Source: an uncultured Alphaproteobacteria bacterium
Lineage (GTDB): Bacteria > Pseudomonadota > Alphaproteobacteria > HIMB59 > GCA-002718135
Direction of reading: 5' to 3'
DNA length: 64,000 nucleotides
Assembly: GCA_902585605.1 (NCBI GenBank)
Contig: CACIED010000001.1
Coordinates: 469,573-533,572 of the forward strand
Part shown: piece after piece, positions 51,923 through 62,081 of the stretch
How positions within the stretch are numbered: position 1 is the stretch's first letter
How the letters are laid out: every line of letters begins with the position of its first letter
The notes under the pieces: model-generated
The model's database searches: none
Seen by the model: only the letters and a program-made list of their open reading frames with translations
What the model was told of the DNA's origin: nothing
Made by a program: the position numbers and the translations under genes

Positions 51923-52713
51923 ATTTTAGTTCCATTTTTTAAATCTTTAGAAAACTTATCAATTTCTGATATCATTTTTTTTTTATTATTTAAATTTTCT
52001 TCAATAATTTTAATTATACTAGAACCAACAACCGCACCATCTGCTATTTTACATATATTATTTACATCAGTTGAGTTTTTAATCCCAAAACCAGGAATAA
52101 CAGGTAAGTTTGAGTGTGTTTTAATAAATGCTACCGATTTTTCTAGGTCTTTTAAATTTGCAGATTTTTGACCAGTAATTCCCATTACACTTACATAATA
52201 CAAAAAACCACTAGCATTTTTTAGTATCAGCTTTAGCCTGTCCTTATCAGTTGTAGGGGTAATTAATCTAATTAGATCAATTTGGTTATTTTTCAGTTCA
52301 TTAATTAAATCATCATCTTCTTCAGGTTGTAAATCAACAATAATTAGGCCATCAACCCCATTTTCTTTGCATTTTTTTACGAACTTCTTAATTCCAAAAT
52401 ATAGGATTAAGTTATAGTAACCCATTAGAATAATTGGTAGATCGCCTTTTCTTTTCTTTGCCTCACTAGCTAAAAAAAATATATTTTCTAAATCAGTTCC
52501 TTCGTTAATAGCTCTATTACTTGATAATTGAATTGTTGGTCCATCTGCCATTGGATCCGAAAATGGCATTCCAATTTCAATTATATCAGCACCATTATTA
52601 ATTATAGTCTTAATAATTTCTAAACTTGTATCTAGATCAGGGTCGCCTCCAGTAACGAATGTTACCAATTTTTTTTTATTATTTTTGAATACCTGACTAA
52701 TTAAATTAGCCAT
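51919..52713 (-). CDS. trpA: tryptophan synthase alpha chain
   Basis: FVTGGDPD and IEIGMPFSDPMADGPTIQ motifs. Confidence 0.93.
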   Translation of the reverse strand: MANLISQVFKNNKKKLVTFVTGGDPDLDTSLEIIKTIINNGADIIEIGMPFSDPMADGPTIQLSSNRAINEGTDLENIFFLASEAKKRKGDLPIILMGYYNLILYFGIKKFVKKCKENGVDGLIIVDLQPEEDDDLINELKNNQIDLIRLITPTTDKDRLKLILKNASGFLYYVSVMGITGQKSANLKDLEKSVAFIKTHSNLPVIPGFGIKNSTDVNNICKIADGAVVGSSIIKIIEENLNNKKKMISEIDKFSKDLKNGTKI

Positions 52714-53922
52714 TTAAATTTTAATTTTTAGTTCATCAGCTATTGTAAAAATATCTTTATCGCCTCTACCACACATATTCATTACAAAAATTTTATCTTT
52801 ACTGTAGTTTTTTGCAATTTTCTTTAAGGCGGCCAATGCATGTGCTGGTTCTAAAGCAGGAATTATACCTTCTAATTTACAACAGTATTGAAATGCATCT
52901 AGAGCTTCCTTATCTGTTGCTGACATGTATGTTACTCTTTTTTCTTCAAATAAAAAGGAATGCTCTGGTCCAATACCTGGATAATCTAAACCAGCTGAAA
53001 TGGAGTGTGCTTCTTGAATTTGACCATTTTTTGATTGTAATAAATACGTTTTATTTCCATGCAACACCCCAGGTTTTCCACCAGTTAAACTTGCTGCATG
53101 CTTGTTGGTATCTATACCGTGACCAGCTGCTTCAACAGCAATCATTTCAACATTTGAGTCATCTAAAAATTCATGAAAAAGCCCCAAAGCATTTGATCCA
53201 CCACCAATACAGGCCATTAATAAATCTGGTGATCTTCCTTCTGCCTTTTCTAGTTGTTCTCTAACTTCTGTACCAATTATAGATTGAAAATCTCTCACCA
53301 TTGCTGGGTATGGATGAGGTCCTGCAGCTGTACCTATTATATAAAAAGTATCTTTAACATTTGTTACCCAATCTCTTAGAGCTTCATTCATAGCATCTTT
53401 CAGAGATTTTGAACCAGTTGAAACAGAACGTATTTCTGCTCCAAGTAATTTCATTCTAAAAACATTAGGTGATTGCCTTTCTATGTCTTTTTCTCCCATA
53501 TAAACAATACACGGCAAACCAAATAAAGCACATACTGTTGCTGTAGCTACACCGTGTTGACCCGCTCCTGTTTCAGCGATAATTCTAGTTTTACCCATTT
53601 TTTTTGCTAATAAAATCTGGCCCATACAATTATTTATTTTATGAGCACCCGTATGGTTCAACTCATCTCTTTTAAAATAAATTTTTGGCCCACCAAGATC
53701 GTTAGTAATTCTTTCAGCAAAAAATAGTGGACTTGGTCTACCAACATAAGTTTTCAAATAATGGTTAAATTCGTTATTAAAATTTTTATCATTTTTTATT
53801 TTTTCATATTCTTTCTCTACTTCGAGAATTAATGGCATTAAAGTTTCGGAAACATATCTTCCACCAAATTGGCCAAAGTATCCTTTTTCATTTGGATAAT
53901 TTTTGTATGTATTCTTAAGCAT
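52714..53922 (-). CDS. trpB: tryptophan synthase beta chain
   Basis: PLP-Lys motif [19 protein letters not shown], and [10 protein letters not shown] at the N-terminus. Confidence 0.97.
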   Translation of the reverse strand: MLKNTYKNYPNEKGYFGQFGGRYVSETLMPLILEVEKEYEKIKNDKNFNNEFNHYLKTYVGRPSPLFFAERITNDLGGPKIYFKRDELNHTGAHKINNCMGQILLAKKMGKTRIIAETGAGQHGVATATVCALFGLPCIVYMGEKDIERQSPNVFRMKLLGAEIRSVSTGSKSLKDAMNEALRDWVTNVKDTFYIIGTAAGPHPYPAMVRDFQSIIGTEVREQLEKAEGRSPDLLMACIGGGSNALGLFHEFLDDSNVEMIAVEAAGHGIDTNKHAASLTGGKPGVLHGNKTYLLQSKNGQIQEAHSISAGLDYPGIGPEHSFLFEEKRVTYMSATDKEALDAFQYCCKLEGIIPALEPAHALAALKKIAKNYSKDKIFVMNMCGRGDKDIFTIADELKIKI

Positions 53923-54544
53923 ATTTCAATTTTTCGACAAAATTATTTATAATCTGATTATCTTTAATGCCAAGCTCTTTTTCAACCCCTGATGATAAAT
54001 CTATTCCTGGAGGTTTAATTTCTTCAAGAATCTGAGTGATATTATTAGCGTTAATCCCACCAGATAAAAACCAGGGTTTTTCAGTTTCTAGATTTTTCAG
54101 AATATTCCAATCAAAACTTTTGGAATTACCTCCTGGTAGTTCGTTCTTTAAAGGTTTGTAATCAAATAGAAGATAATCAGAGTCCTTGTAATTATCAATC
54201 TCATTTAAGTCGTTATTATTATTAATTGAAATTGATTTAATAATTTTTACACCATTTTTTTTAATTCTTTTTATATACTCTTTATTTTCTGATCCATGTA
54301 ATTGTACATATTTTAAATTTAAATTTTTTATTATGTTTTCCAATTCATTAATATTTTTATTTACAAAAACACCAACACCTTTGATCTTTAAATCTTGAGA
54401 TAATTTTTGTAGAAAACTTGCATTTTGAAATGATATATTTCTTGGACTTTTTGGATAAAAAATCATACCAAAAAAGTCAACATCATTTTTTTCACAGCAC
54501 AGCAGTGTATTTTTATTATTTATTCCACATATTTTGGTAAACAT
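53915..54544 (-). CDS. trpF: phosphoribosylanthranilate isomerase
   Basis: N-terminal FTKICGI, 209 aa TIM-barrel size, immediately upstream of trpB. Confidence 0.85.
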   Translation of the reverse strand: MFTKICGINNKNTLLCCEKNDVDFFGMIFYPKSPRNISFQNASFLQKLSQDLKIKGVGVFVNKNINELENIIKNLNLKYVQLHGSENKEYIKRIKKNGVKIIKSISINNNNDLNEIDNYKDSDYLLFDYKPLKNELPGGNSKSFDWNILKNLETEKPWFLSGGINANNITQILEEIKPPGIDLSSGVEKELGIKDNQIINNFVEKLKYA

Positions 54545-54546
54545 TA

Positions 54547-55230
54547 TTAATTAATTGTTCTATTAATCTCTTTTAAAATTTTCAGTGGGTCTTTTGACTC
54601 GGTGATTGGTCTACCTATAACTAAAAAATTTGCCCCTAAATTGATTGCATTTTCTGGGGTTGCTGTTCTTTTTTGATCATCACTTTTAATTTTATCATTT
54701 ATTCTAATTCCAGGTGTTACAATTATAAAGTTTTTCCCAACTTCTTTCCTAATAAATTTAATTTCCTTTGGGCTACATACAACACCATCTAAATTATTCT
54801 TTTTTGCTTCTCTGGCAAATTTTTTTACTAATAGTAACAATTTACTTTCATTATAATATTTCTTAGTTTGTTTTTTATCCAAGCTAGTTAAAATAGAGAC
54901 TCCTAATATTTTTGTTCTAGCCTTCTTTATTTTTGATGATTGCATCATTTCATCTCCTCCCGAAATATGTATAGTTGTTAGTAATGGTTTAATTTTTATT
55001 ATTGCTTTTATTCCCCTTTTTACAGTATTTGGAATATCATGTAATTTTAAATCAAGAAAAATTCTAGGGCAAATAGCGTATATTTTTTTATAACCGTTAA
55101 GACCATAATTAAAAAAAAACTGGTATCCAACTTTAAAAGCATATACTTCATTTTTTAAAATTTTAACTAAATTTATTGTCTTGTTTAAGTTACTGCTATC
55201 TAATGCAACAATAACTTTCTTTGACCTCAT
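54547..55230 (-). CDS. pyrF: orotidine-5'-phosphate decarboxylase
   Basis: VALD...FKVG...FLDLKLHDIPNTV (DxKxxDIxxT) motifs. 227 aa. Confidence 0.9.
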   Translation of the reverse strand: MRSKKVIVALDSSNLNKTINLVKILKNEVYAFKVGYQFFFNYGLNGYKKIYAICPRIFLDLKLHDIPNTVKRGIKAIIKIKPLLTTIHISGGDEMMQSSKIKKARTKILGVSILTSLDKKQTKKYYNESKLLLLVKKFAREAKKNNLDGVVCSPKEIKFIRKEVGKNFIIVTPGIRINDKIKSDDQKRTATPENAINLGANFLVIGRPITESKDPLKILKEINRTIN

Positions 55231-55234
55231 TCCA

Positions 55235-55528
55235 TTAATCCGAATTTGTATAGGAGTTTATTCTATTATGTAATATTTTACCTATTTTAAAGTGTAATTT
55301 ATAACTTTTATTTTTAAATATTTTTTCATTTGTTTTTGGATTTCTAACATACTTCTCTTTATTTATTTTTTTACTTAAAGTACCAAAACCTCTTATTTCA
55401 ATATTTTTTCCCTGTTTAAGAGAGTCAGTAATTTTTTTTATAAAAATATTAAATATTACCTCAATATCCTCGTTGTTTAGGTTGTTATGTTTTTTTTGTA
55501 ATCTCTCTAATATTTCTGATTTGAGCAT
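55235..55528 (-). CDS. ihfB: integration host factor beta subunit (HU/IHF family)
   Basis: IEIRGFGTL ... RNPKTNEKI ... HFKIGK pattern. Located downstream of rpsA, as ihfB is in Proteobacteria. Confidence 0.85.
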   Translation of the reverse strand: MLKSEILERLQKKHNNLNNEDIEVIFNIFIKKITDSLKQGKNIEIRGFGTLSKKINKEKYVRNPKTNEKIFKNKSYKLHFKIGKILHNRINSYTNSD

Positions 55529-55533
55529 CAGCC

Positions 55534-57234
55534 TTATTTTTTAAGGACTGAACCTAAAATATCGCCTAGTGAAGCGCCTGATGTGCTAGAACCATACTTA
55601 CTAAGTGCTTCTTTTTCATCTCGAATTTCAAGTTCTTTTATTGATAGATTGAGTGATCTACTTTTGGAATCTAAAGAAATAATTACTGAATCAATTTTTT
55701 CATCCAATGCAAACCTATCTGTTTTATTTTGATTTTTATCGTTAGAAAGATTAGATTTTTTTATAAAACCAAATATCTTATTTTCTTTATCTAACTCGAC
55801 CTTTAATCCTTTTTCGTCAATTTCAATAATTGTACCGGTTACATTAGAGTTTATTGGATTTGATTCAATAAAGTCTTGGACAGGATCATTTTTTAAATGT
55901 TTAATACCCAAACTGATTCTTTCTTTATCAGCGTTTATATCTAATATTTTGACTTTTAACTGATCGCCCTTCTTAAAACTTTTAATAATTGTTTCACACT
56001 CTTTTTCATCCCAGCTTAAATCTGAAATATGCACCATACCATCAATTTCATCAATAACTTTTACAAATATTCCAAAATCAACAATATTTACAATTTCTGT
56101 TTCTAAAGTATCATTCACATTAAATTTATCTTTAAGTTTATTCCAGGGATTTTCTTTCATTTGTCTTAAGCTACAATTAATTCTTTTTTTATCATCATCT
56201 ATTTCTAAAACTAAAACTTCAATTTCTTGGTTTAAACTTACTATTTTAGATGGATGTGGAGGTTTTTTTAACCAGCTAAGCTCATTTAAACTTACCACTC
56301 CATCATAATTTTTGTTAATTACAATATTAACATTATTATCATTCATACTAATTACAGTACCTACGACTTTATCATTTAGATTAATTTTTGACTTTACTTC
56401 ATCCCATGGATTTTCAGTAAGTTGTTTAATACCCAGGCTTAATCTAGAAAGCTCTTCATCAAATTTTAAAACTTTTACTTTAATTGTTGAATTCAACTCC
56501 AGAACTTCTGATGGATTACTGATTTTAGTCCATGAAATATCTGTAACGTGGACTAAACCATCTATTCCTCCTAAATCAATAAATGCGCCATAATCTGTTA
56601 TATTTTTAACTTTTCCTTCAACTACAGAACCTTCTTTTATATTTTTTAAAAGTTCTGATCTTTGCTCTTTAAGTTCATTCTCTGTTATTGCTTTTCTTGA
56701 TACTACAATATTCCCTCTATATTTATCCATTTTTAAGATCATCAATTCTAAAGGTTTATTTAATAATTCTTTTGTATCTTTTATAATTTGCCTAGTATCT
56801 ATCTGACTCCCTGGAAGAAAAGCAGTGACACCATCTAAATCTACACTCATTCCACCTTTAACTCTATTAAATGGAATTCCTGTTACAACTTTATTTTCGT
56901 TAAAACTTAACTGCAGATTTTGCCATGCTTTTTGTTTAACAGCCTTTTCTCTAGAAAGTATTGTCTCCCCATTTGAACTATCTACGTTTTCTATAAATAC
57001 TTCTATTTCATCACCTATTTCAATTTCTGTTTTATGACCTGGTCTTGAAAATTCACTTAAAGGAATACGACCCTCACTTTTTAACCCAACATCTATTGTA
57101 ACAATTTCATTTTCTACTGAGATAATTATACCAGTGGCAATACTTTTTTCTTTAGCAGAGGAACTACTTAATGATTTAGAGATTAAAGCATCGTATTCAG
57201 AATTAGATATTTTATTACTTTGCTCTGTTTTCAT
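55534..57234 (-). CDS. rpsA: 30S ribosomal protein S1
   Basis: Six S1 repeats (e.g. GSVVEGKVKNITDYGAFIDLGGIDGLVHVTDISW). 566 aa. cmk-rpsA-ihfB order. Confidence 0.97.
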   Translation of the reverse strand: MKTEQSNKISNSEYDALISKSLSSSSAKEKSIATGIIISVENEIVTIDVGLKSEGRIPLSEFSRPGHKTEIEIGDEIEVFIENVDSSNGETILSREKAVKQKAWQNLQLSFNENKVVTGIPFNRVKGGMSVDLDGVTAFLPGSQIDTRQIIKDTKELLNKPLELMILKMDKYRGNIVVSRKAITENELKEQRSELLKNIKEGSVVEGKVKNITDYGAFIDLGGIDGLVHVTDISWTKISNPSEVLELNSTIKVKVLKFDEELSRLSLGIKQLTENPWDEVKSKINLNDKVVGTVISMNDNNVNIVINKNYDGVVSLNELSWLKKPPHPSKIVSLNQEIEVLVLEIDDDKKRINCSLRQMKENPWNKLKDKFNVNDTLETEIVNIVDFGIFVKVIDEIDGMVHISDLSWDEKECETIIKSFKKGDQLKVKILDINADKERISLGIKHLKNDPVQDFIESNPINSNVTGTIIEIDEKGLKVELDKENKIFGFIKKSNLSNDKNQNKTDRFALDEKIDSVIISLDSKSRSLNLSIKELEIRDEKEALSKYGSSTSGASLGDILGSVLKK

Positions 57235-57235
57235 T

Positions 57236-57871
57236 TTAAAAATCTTTGAATATGTTGTTAATTTGTTTTATCGTATCTTTAAATTCACCGTTATTATTAA
57301 CAATAAAAGCATTTTTAGGCACTACAAGCGGTGAGTTTTTTCTTAATTTATCTTTGTTATCTCTCAATTCAATATCTCTCAAAATTTTTCGGTATATAGA
57401 CTTTTCACCACTATCAATCAACTGTTTATATCTTCTTTTTGCTCTAATTTTAGGATTTACGTCAATATATAGTTTCAAGTTGGCTTTTTTAAAAACAACA
57501 GATCCTATGTCTCTTCCATCAATAACAAAACCTTTATAATATTTATTTTCTTTTACAAAATCATATTGCAATTTATTAATAAATTCCCTTACACAATTGT
57601 ATATGGCAATTTTTGAAGCTATTTTTGCTATTTGTTGAGTTCGAATCTTCTTACTTTTTCTATAGGGAATTGATTTAATTTTTTTAATTTTTTTTTTGAC
57701 TTCTTCTATTTTGTCGATTTCAACCTTATCTTTCAATAAAATATAACCTAATCTTCTATATAGTATTCCTGAATCAAGGTGTTTTAATTGCCATTTTTTA
57801 CTAATATATTTCGAGATTTTTTCTTTCCCCGAGGCCGCAGGTCCGTCAATAGTTACAATTTTATGTTTCAA
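57236..57871 (-). CDS. cmk: cytidylate kinase
   Basis: P-loop IVTIDGPAASGKEKIS and the DGRDIGS motif. Confidence 0.9.
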   Translation of the reverse strand: MKHKIVTIDGPAASGKEKISKYISKKWQLKHLDSGILYRRLGYILLKDKVEIDKIEEVKKKIKKIKSIPYRKSKKIRTQQIAKIASKIAIYNCVREFINKLQYDFVKENKYYKGFVIDGRDIGSVVFKKANLKLYIDVNPKIRAKRRYKQLIDSGEKSIYRKILRDIELRDNKDKLRKNSPLVVPKNAFIVNNNGEFKDTIKQINNIFKDF

Positions 57872-59166
57872 ATAAGTCTACCACCAATTTTATTAATCTC
57901 ATCCTTAAAATTAGGAAAACTAGTATTTATAGACTCTGAGTCTTTAATTTCTAAAGGACCAATCTTAGTTCCCATTATTGCAAAAGCCATAGCTATTCTG
58001 TGATCAAAATCTGTTTGAATTATATTTTTTTTTATTTCATATTTTTTTGAAGGAAAAATAAAGAGATCATCATCTACTATTTTACAATCTACTCCACAAC
58101 TTTGTAAATTGATTAATATTAAGTTTAATCTATCACTTTCTTTAACTCTTAATTCAGTTAATCCACGAAAAATGCTTGGTGAGCTTGCAAATGATGCAGC
58201 CACAGCAAGAATTGGATATTCATCTATCATTAGATCTGCCATTTCAGGACCAAGTTCACACCCATTTAAATTGGATGTTTTCACTTCAATATCACAAATT
58301 TTTTCATTGTTACTCAGTCTTTGATTGAGAATATTAATTGAAGCTCCCATTTTTTTTAGTGCTAAAATAATTCCATTTCTAGTAGGATTATTGTTAATAT
58401 CTTTAAGAAGCAATTTTGAATTCTTATTAATTAGTGCACTTACAATAAAAAAAGCACTACTTGATAAATCATTAGGAACATCTATATTTTTAGAATTCAA
58501 TTCTTTTTTTCCACTAATTTTAATTGTTTTTTTATAATCATTTTTTACAATTTTTAAATTAGCTCCAAATGACTCTAACATTGTTTCTGTGTGATCTCTT
58601 GTTACCCTATTTTCATTTATTATTGTTTCCCCTTCAGTATTTAAGCTTGCAAGAAGAATTCCTGATTTTATTTGCGCAGATGGAATCTTTAAATTAATTT
58701 TATTGTTTGATAAATCATTACCTTTAATTGATATAGGTAAAGTACCATTAGTTGTATTAATTCTTGCATTCATCTTACTCAAAGGGTCTGAAATTCTTTT
58801 CATGGGTCTTTTTGAAAGAGATGCATCACCTGTTAAAAGTGTATCAAAGTTCTGAGATGATAAAAGTCCTATCAATAGTCTAGCACTGGTTCCAGAGTTT
58901 CCAAGGTAGATTTCACTTTTAGGTTTTTTTAAAGAATTTAAACCATTACCATAAATAATTAAAATATTATTTTTTTCTTGAATTTTAACACCCATATTTT
59001 TGAAAGCTTTAAGTGTATGCAGAACATCATCGGATTTTAATATATTTTTAATTTCACAAATACCGTTTGAAATCGAAGGTATTATTATTGATCTATGCGA
59101 AATAGATTTGTCTCCAGGTATACGAGGTGTTCCATTAATACCATTACTAATAGTATAGCTAATCAT
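57868..59166 (-). CDS. aroA: 3-phosphoshikimate 1-carboxyvinyltransferase (EPSP synthase)
   Basis: PGDKSISHR, LGNSGTSARLL and RVKESDRL motifs. Confidence 0.95.
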   Translation of the reverse strand: MISYTISNGINGTPRIPGDKSISHRSIIIPSISNGICEIKNILKSDDVLHTLKAFKNMGVKIQEKNNILIIYGNGLNSLKKPKSEIYLGNSGTSARLLIGLLSSQNFDTLLTGDASLSKRPMKRISDPLSKMNARINTTNGTLPISIKGNDLSNNKINLKIPSAQIKSGILLASLNTEGETIINENRVTRDHTETMLESFGANLKIVKNDYKKTIKISGKKELNSKNIDVPNDLSSSAFFIVSALINKNSKLLLKDINNNPTRNGIILALKKMGASINILNQRLSNNEKICDIEVKTSNLNGCELGPEMADLMIDEYPILAVAASFASSPSIFRGLTELRVKESDRLNLILINLQSCGVDCKIVDDDLFIFPSKKYEIKKNIIQTDFDHRIAMAFAIMGTKIGPLEIKDSESINTSFPNFKDEINKIGGRLI

Positions 59167-59167
59167 T

Positions 59168-59923
59168 TTATAATTTAAAATCTGATCCTAGATAAAATTT
59201 TTTAATTTTTTCGTCATTAATTGCCGTTATTGGGTCTCCATCATAGAAAATAGCACCTTCATTTACTATATAAACCTTATCAACTATTTTTAATGTCTCT
59301 CTAACATTATGATCAGTTATTAAAACTCCAATATTTCTATCTTTTAACTTTTTTATTATTATTTTAATTTCTTCAATAGAGACAGGATCAATGCCTGTAA
59401 GAGGTTCATCTAAAAGTAAGTATTTTGGTTCAGTAGCAAGAGTTCTAGCAATTTCCAATCTTCTCCTTTCTCCACCTGATAGAACAATTGATTTTGATTT
59501 ACGTACATGGTTAATATCAAATTCATTAAGTAAATTCTGTAAAATAATATTTTGTTTATTTTTATCTTTTTCTTTAATTTCAATAATTGATAATAGATTA
59601 TCTTCTACATTCATACCTCTAAAAATTGATGCCTCTTGAGGAAGATAACTTATACCAAGTTTACCTCTTAGATAAATTGGCAGATTTGATACATCCAGTT
59701 TGTCTAGTATTATACTACCTGTATCTGGTTTGACTAAACCAACAATAATATAAAAAGTTGTAGTTTTACCTGCCCCATTAGGTCCTAACAATCCTACAAC
59801 CTCCCTTCTTTTAATAGAAATACTTATATCTCTAACGACCTGTTTATTCCCATAAGTTTTTGAAATTTTGTTTATTGTCAATCCATTATCTAAAATCTGA
59901 AACTTTTTATTCATTATTTTCAA
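59168..59923 (-). CDS. lptB: LPS export ABC transporter ATPase LptB
   Basis: Walker A GPNGAGKTTTFY, signature LSGGERRRLEIAR, Walker B LLLDEP. lptC-lptA-lptB order. Confidence 0.93.
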   Translation of the reverse strand: MKIMNKKFQILDNGLTINKISKTYGNKQVVRDISISIKRREVVGLLGPNGAGKTTTFYIIVGLVKPDTGSIILDKLDVSNLPIYLRGKLGISYLPQEASIFRGMNVEDNLLSIIEIKEKDKNKQNIILQNLLNEFDINHVRKSKSIVLSGGERRRLEIARTLATEPKYLLLDEPLTGIDPVSIEEIKIIIKKLKDRNIGVLITDHNVRETLKIVDKVYIVNEGAIFYDGDPITAINDEKIKKFYLGSDFKL

Positions 59924-60674
59924 TTATTACCTTAACTTTAGTTTTATCATTAGATTTTATCTTATATGAATTATTTTCTGTATCAAGTGTACCATAATCA
60001 CCAGTTATTTTTTCTCCATCACGAATAATAGCCACATTATCGATTAGTTCAATTATTGAAGTTTTATTATCAAAATTTATTTTTTTCGCATACATCTCAG
60101 TGTTGTTGTTTTTAATATATGAAATTTTTTTATCTTTCACTTTTAACAAACTTATTTCTTTTTGATCCATTGAATTTGAAAATAAACCATCTATAAATTC
60201 TGCTTTAATCAAAATATTATTGCTAAATAATTTTGAATTTGAGCCCTTTAAAAGAAAACTTCCATTCAGATTATTAACTTTTATAGACCCATTTGATTGC
60301 ATTTCGAAATCTTGTGTGATTAATATTGATTTGCTGCCTTCAATTTTAAGATCTTGTATTTTGATTGTGAGTTCTAATTTTTCTCCACTGCCTTTCATAT
60401 CAAATTCTGAAGAATTAAAATTTACATTGCCAGCAGCGTTTAAAGAAATAATATCATATAAATTTTTATCAAAATTTATTTTTACATTATCAGCATTTAA
60501 TATAAAATTATCTGAAACAATTTTAACATTTTTTTTTAATAAATAATATTTTTCATCTTGATAAACTTCTACTCCATCTTCAGTAGTAATTTCTGTCTGA
60601 CCTTGTTCTCTAGCTATTAGTTTTGTTACACATAGAAGTATAAATATAAAAACAATTTTTATGAAAATTTTCAT
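59907..60674 (-). CDS. lptA: periplasmic LPS transport protein LptA (OstA-N family), extended
   Basis: Signal peptide MKIFIKIVFIFILLCVTKLIA, beta-rich repetitive OstA-like sequence, positioned between lptC and lptB. Confidence 0.7.
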   Translation of the reverse strand: MKIFIKIVFIFILLCVTKLIAREQGQTEITTEDGVEVYQDEKYYLLKKNVKIVSDNFILNADNVKINFDKNLYDIISLNAAGNVNFNSSEFDMKGSGEKLELTIKIQDLKIEGSKSILITQDFEMQSNGSIKVNNLNGSFLLKGSNSKLFSNNILIKAEFIDGLFSNSMDQKEISLLKVKDKKISYIKNNNTEMYAKKINFDNKTSIIELIDNVAIIRDGEKITGDYGTLDTENNSYKIKSNDKTKVKVIIENNE

Positions 60675-61120
60675 TTTAATATAATATACGCATTACCATA
60701 AAAAATTATTTTGTTCCCTTTTTCATGAATATCAAAACCATCAGATGATATCTCAGTGTTTTCCGATTTAAATAATGATTTAGTTTTACTATGTGCAGTT
60801 TGTTCATTTCTATCGAAAATCACATTTTCTGTTTCAATACTGAAATCGTTTGATTTAAATCTTACATTTTCTCTCAATAGAATTTCATTTTTATTTAAAA
60901 AATTTCCTTCTTCTGCAGTAATATAAATTTTTTTAGTTTCATTATTTATTGCAAATTTCGGTTGAGATATATCCACGTTTGTTGATTTAGTTTGAATATT
61001 TTTTAATTTTTCATTACTTGTTGAAATTTGTTTAATAAAAATAAAGATTAAAAAGATAAATAACATTATTACTGAAAGTGTTAGAATTAATTTTCTATTA
61101 ATGAATAAAATAAAATTCAA
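60671..61120 (-). CDS. lptC: LPS export system protein LptC
   Basis: Single N-terminal TM anchor plus a ~120-aa beta-rich periplasmic domain. Located between kdsD and lptA. Confidence 0.65.
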   Translation of the reverse strand: MNFILFINRKLILTLSVIMLFIFLIFIFIKQISTSNEKLKNIQTKSTNVDISQPKFAINNETKKIYITAEEGNFLNKNEILLRENVRFKSNDFSIETENVIFDRNEQTAHSKTKSLFKSENTEISSDGFDIHEKGNKIIFYGNAYIILK

Positions 61121-61121
61121 T

Positions 61122-62081
61122 TTAACTCGTCAATCTTAGTAAGTCATGTATATGAACTATTCCTAATGGTGTTTTTTTATCACAAATAAATAAGCTAGTA
61201 ATTTTTTTTGTATTCATTAAGTTTATTGCTTCTCCAACTAACATATTTTTATCTGCTAAAGTGGGATTCTTTGTCATTATATCAGATGCTTTTTTTTCAA
61301 AAAATTTAGAATTTAATTTTCTTCTTAAATCGCCATCTGTGATTATCCCAACTATTTGTTTTTTTTGATTAATTACTCCTATACAACCAAAACTTTTTTG
61401 AGTCATGGTTATTAGTGCTTTAGACATTTTTTCATTCACTTTTGCGAGCGGCAGTTCTTTTTTAATATGCATAACTTCACTTAAGTTTTTTAGATCTTTG
61501 CCGAGATTACCTCCAGGATGAAGATTTTTAAATTCTTTACTTTTAAATCCTCTTAATTCTAGTAATGCAATCGCGATACAATCTCCGATAATCATACACA
61601 TTGAAGTTGAACTTGTAGGTGCTAAATTAAGTGGACATGCTTCTTTTGGTTTCTTATACAAAATACCTACATTAGAATTTTTATGTAAAGTACTTCTCGA
61701 ATTACTAGTTATGCTTACAAGTTTTATATTAAATCTTTTGGTAAACTGAATTATATTGTTTAGTTCTGATGTTTCACCTGAATTTGAAATTGCTATAACG
61801 CAATCATCTTTTTTTATACTTCCTAAATCACCATGACTGGCCTCTGTTGCATGAACAAAATATGATGCTGTTCCTGTAGATGTAAGTGTCGCAGAAATTT
61901 TATTTCCAATATGTGCGCTCTTACCGACTCCTGTTATAACAATTTTACCTTTAGCGTTATATATCAAATTAACTGCCTTACAAAAGTTAGTATTAAATGT
62001 AGATTTCAAGTTTTTAATACTATTTAGTTCACTTGTTAGAGTTCTTTTTGCACTGTTCAGTATTTTATGATTATTTTTCAT
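61122..62081 (-). CDS. kdsD: arabinose-5-phosphate isomerase (KdsD/KpsF)
   Basis: SIS domain (ITGVGKSAHIGNKISATLTSTG) followed by a tandem CBS pair. Confidence 0.9.
   Translation of the reverse strand: MKNNHKILNSAKRTLTSELNSIKNLKSTFNTNFCKAVNLIYNAKGKIVITGVGKSAHIGNKISATLTSTGTASYFVHATEASHGDLGSIKKDDCVIAISNSGETSELNNIIQFTKRFNIKLVSITSNSRSTLHKNSNVGILYKKPKEACPLNLAPTSSTSMCMIIGDCIAIALLELRGFKSKEFKNLHPGGNLGKDLKNLSEVMHIKKELPLAKVNEKMSKALITMTQKSFGCIGVINQKKQIVGIITDGDLRRKLNSKFFEKKASDIMTKNPTLADKNMLVGEAINLMNTKKITSLFICDKKTPLGIVHIHDLLRLTS

Noticed and set aside
52812-53264. A 150-aa ORF antisense to trpB, and similar long antisense ORFs at 3398-3730, 7595-7921, 8155-8466, 15774-16085, 35562-35873, 44883-45173, 56312-56593 and 60220-60546.
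   Set aside because: Each lies entirely inside a well-supported conserved gene on the other strand. Their translations are low-complexity (S/L/F/I-rich) with no motifs. This is the usual shadow-frame effect of codon-biased genes, and nothing independently supports coding.
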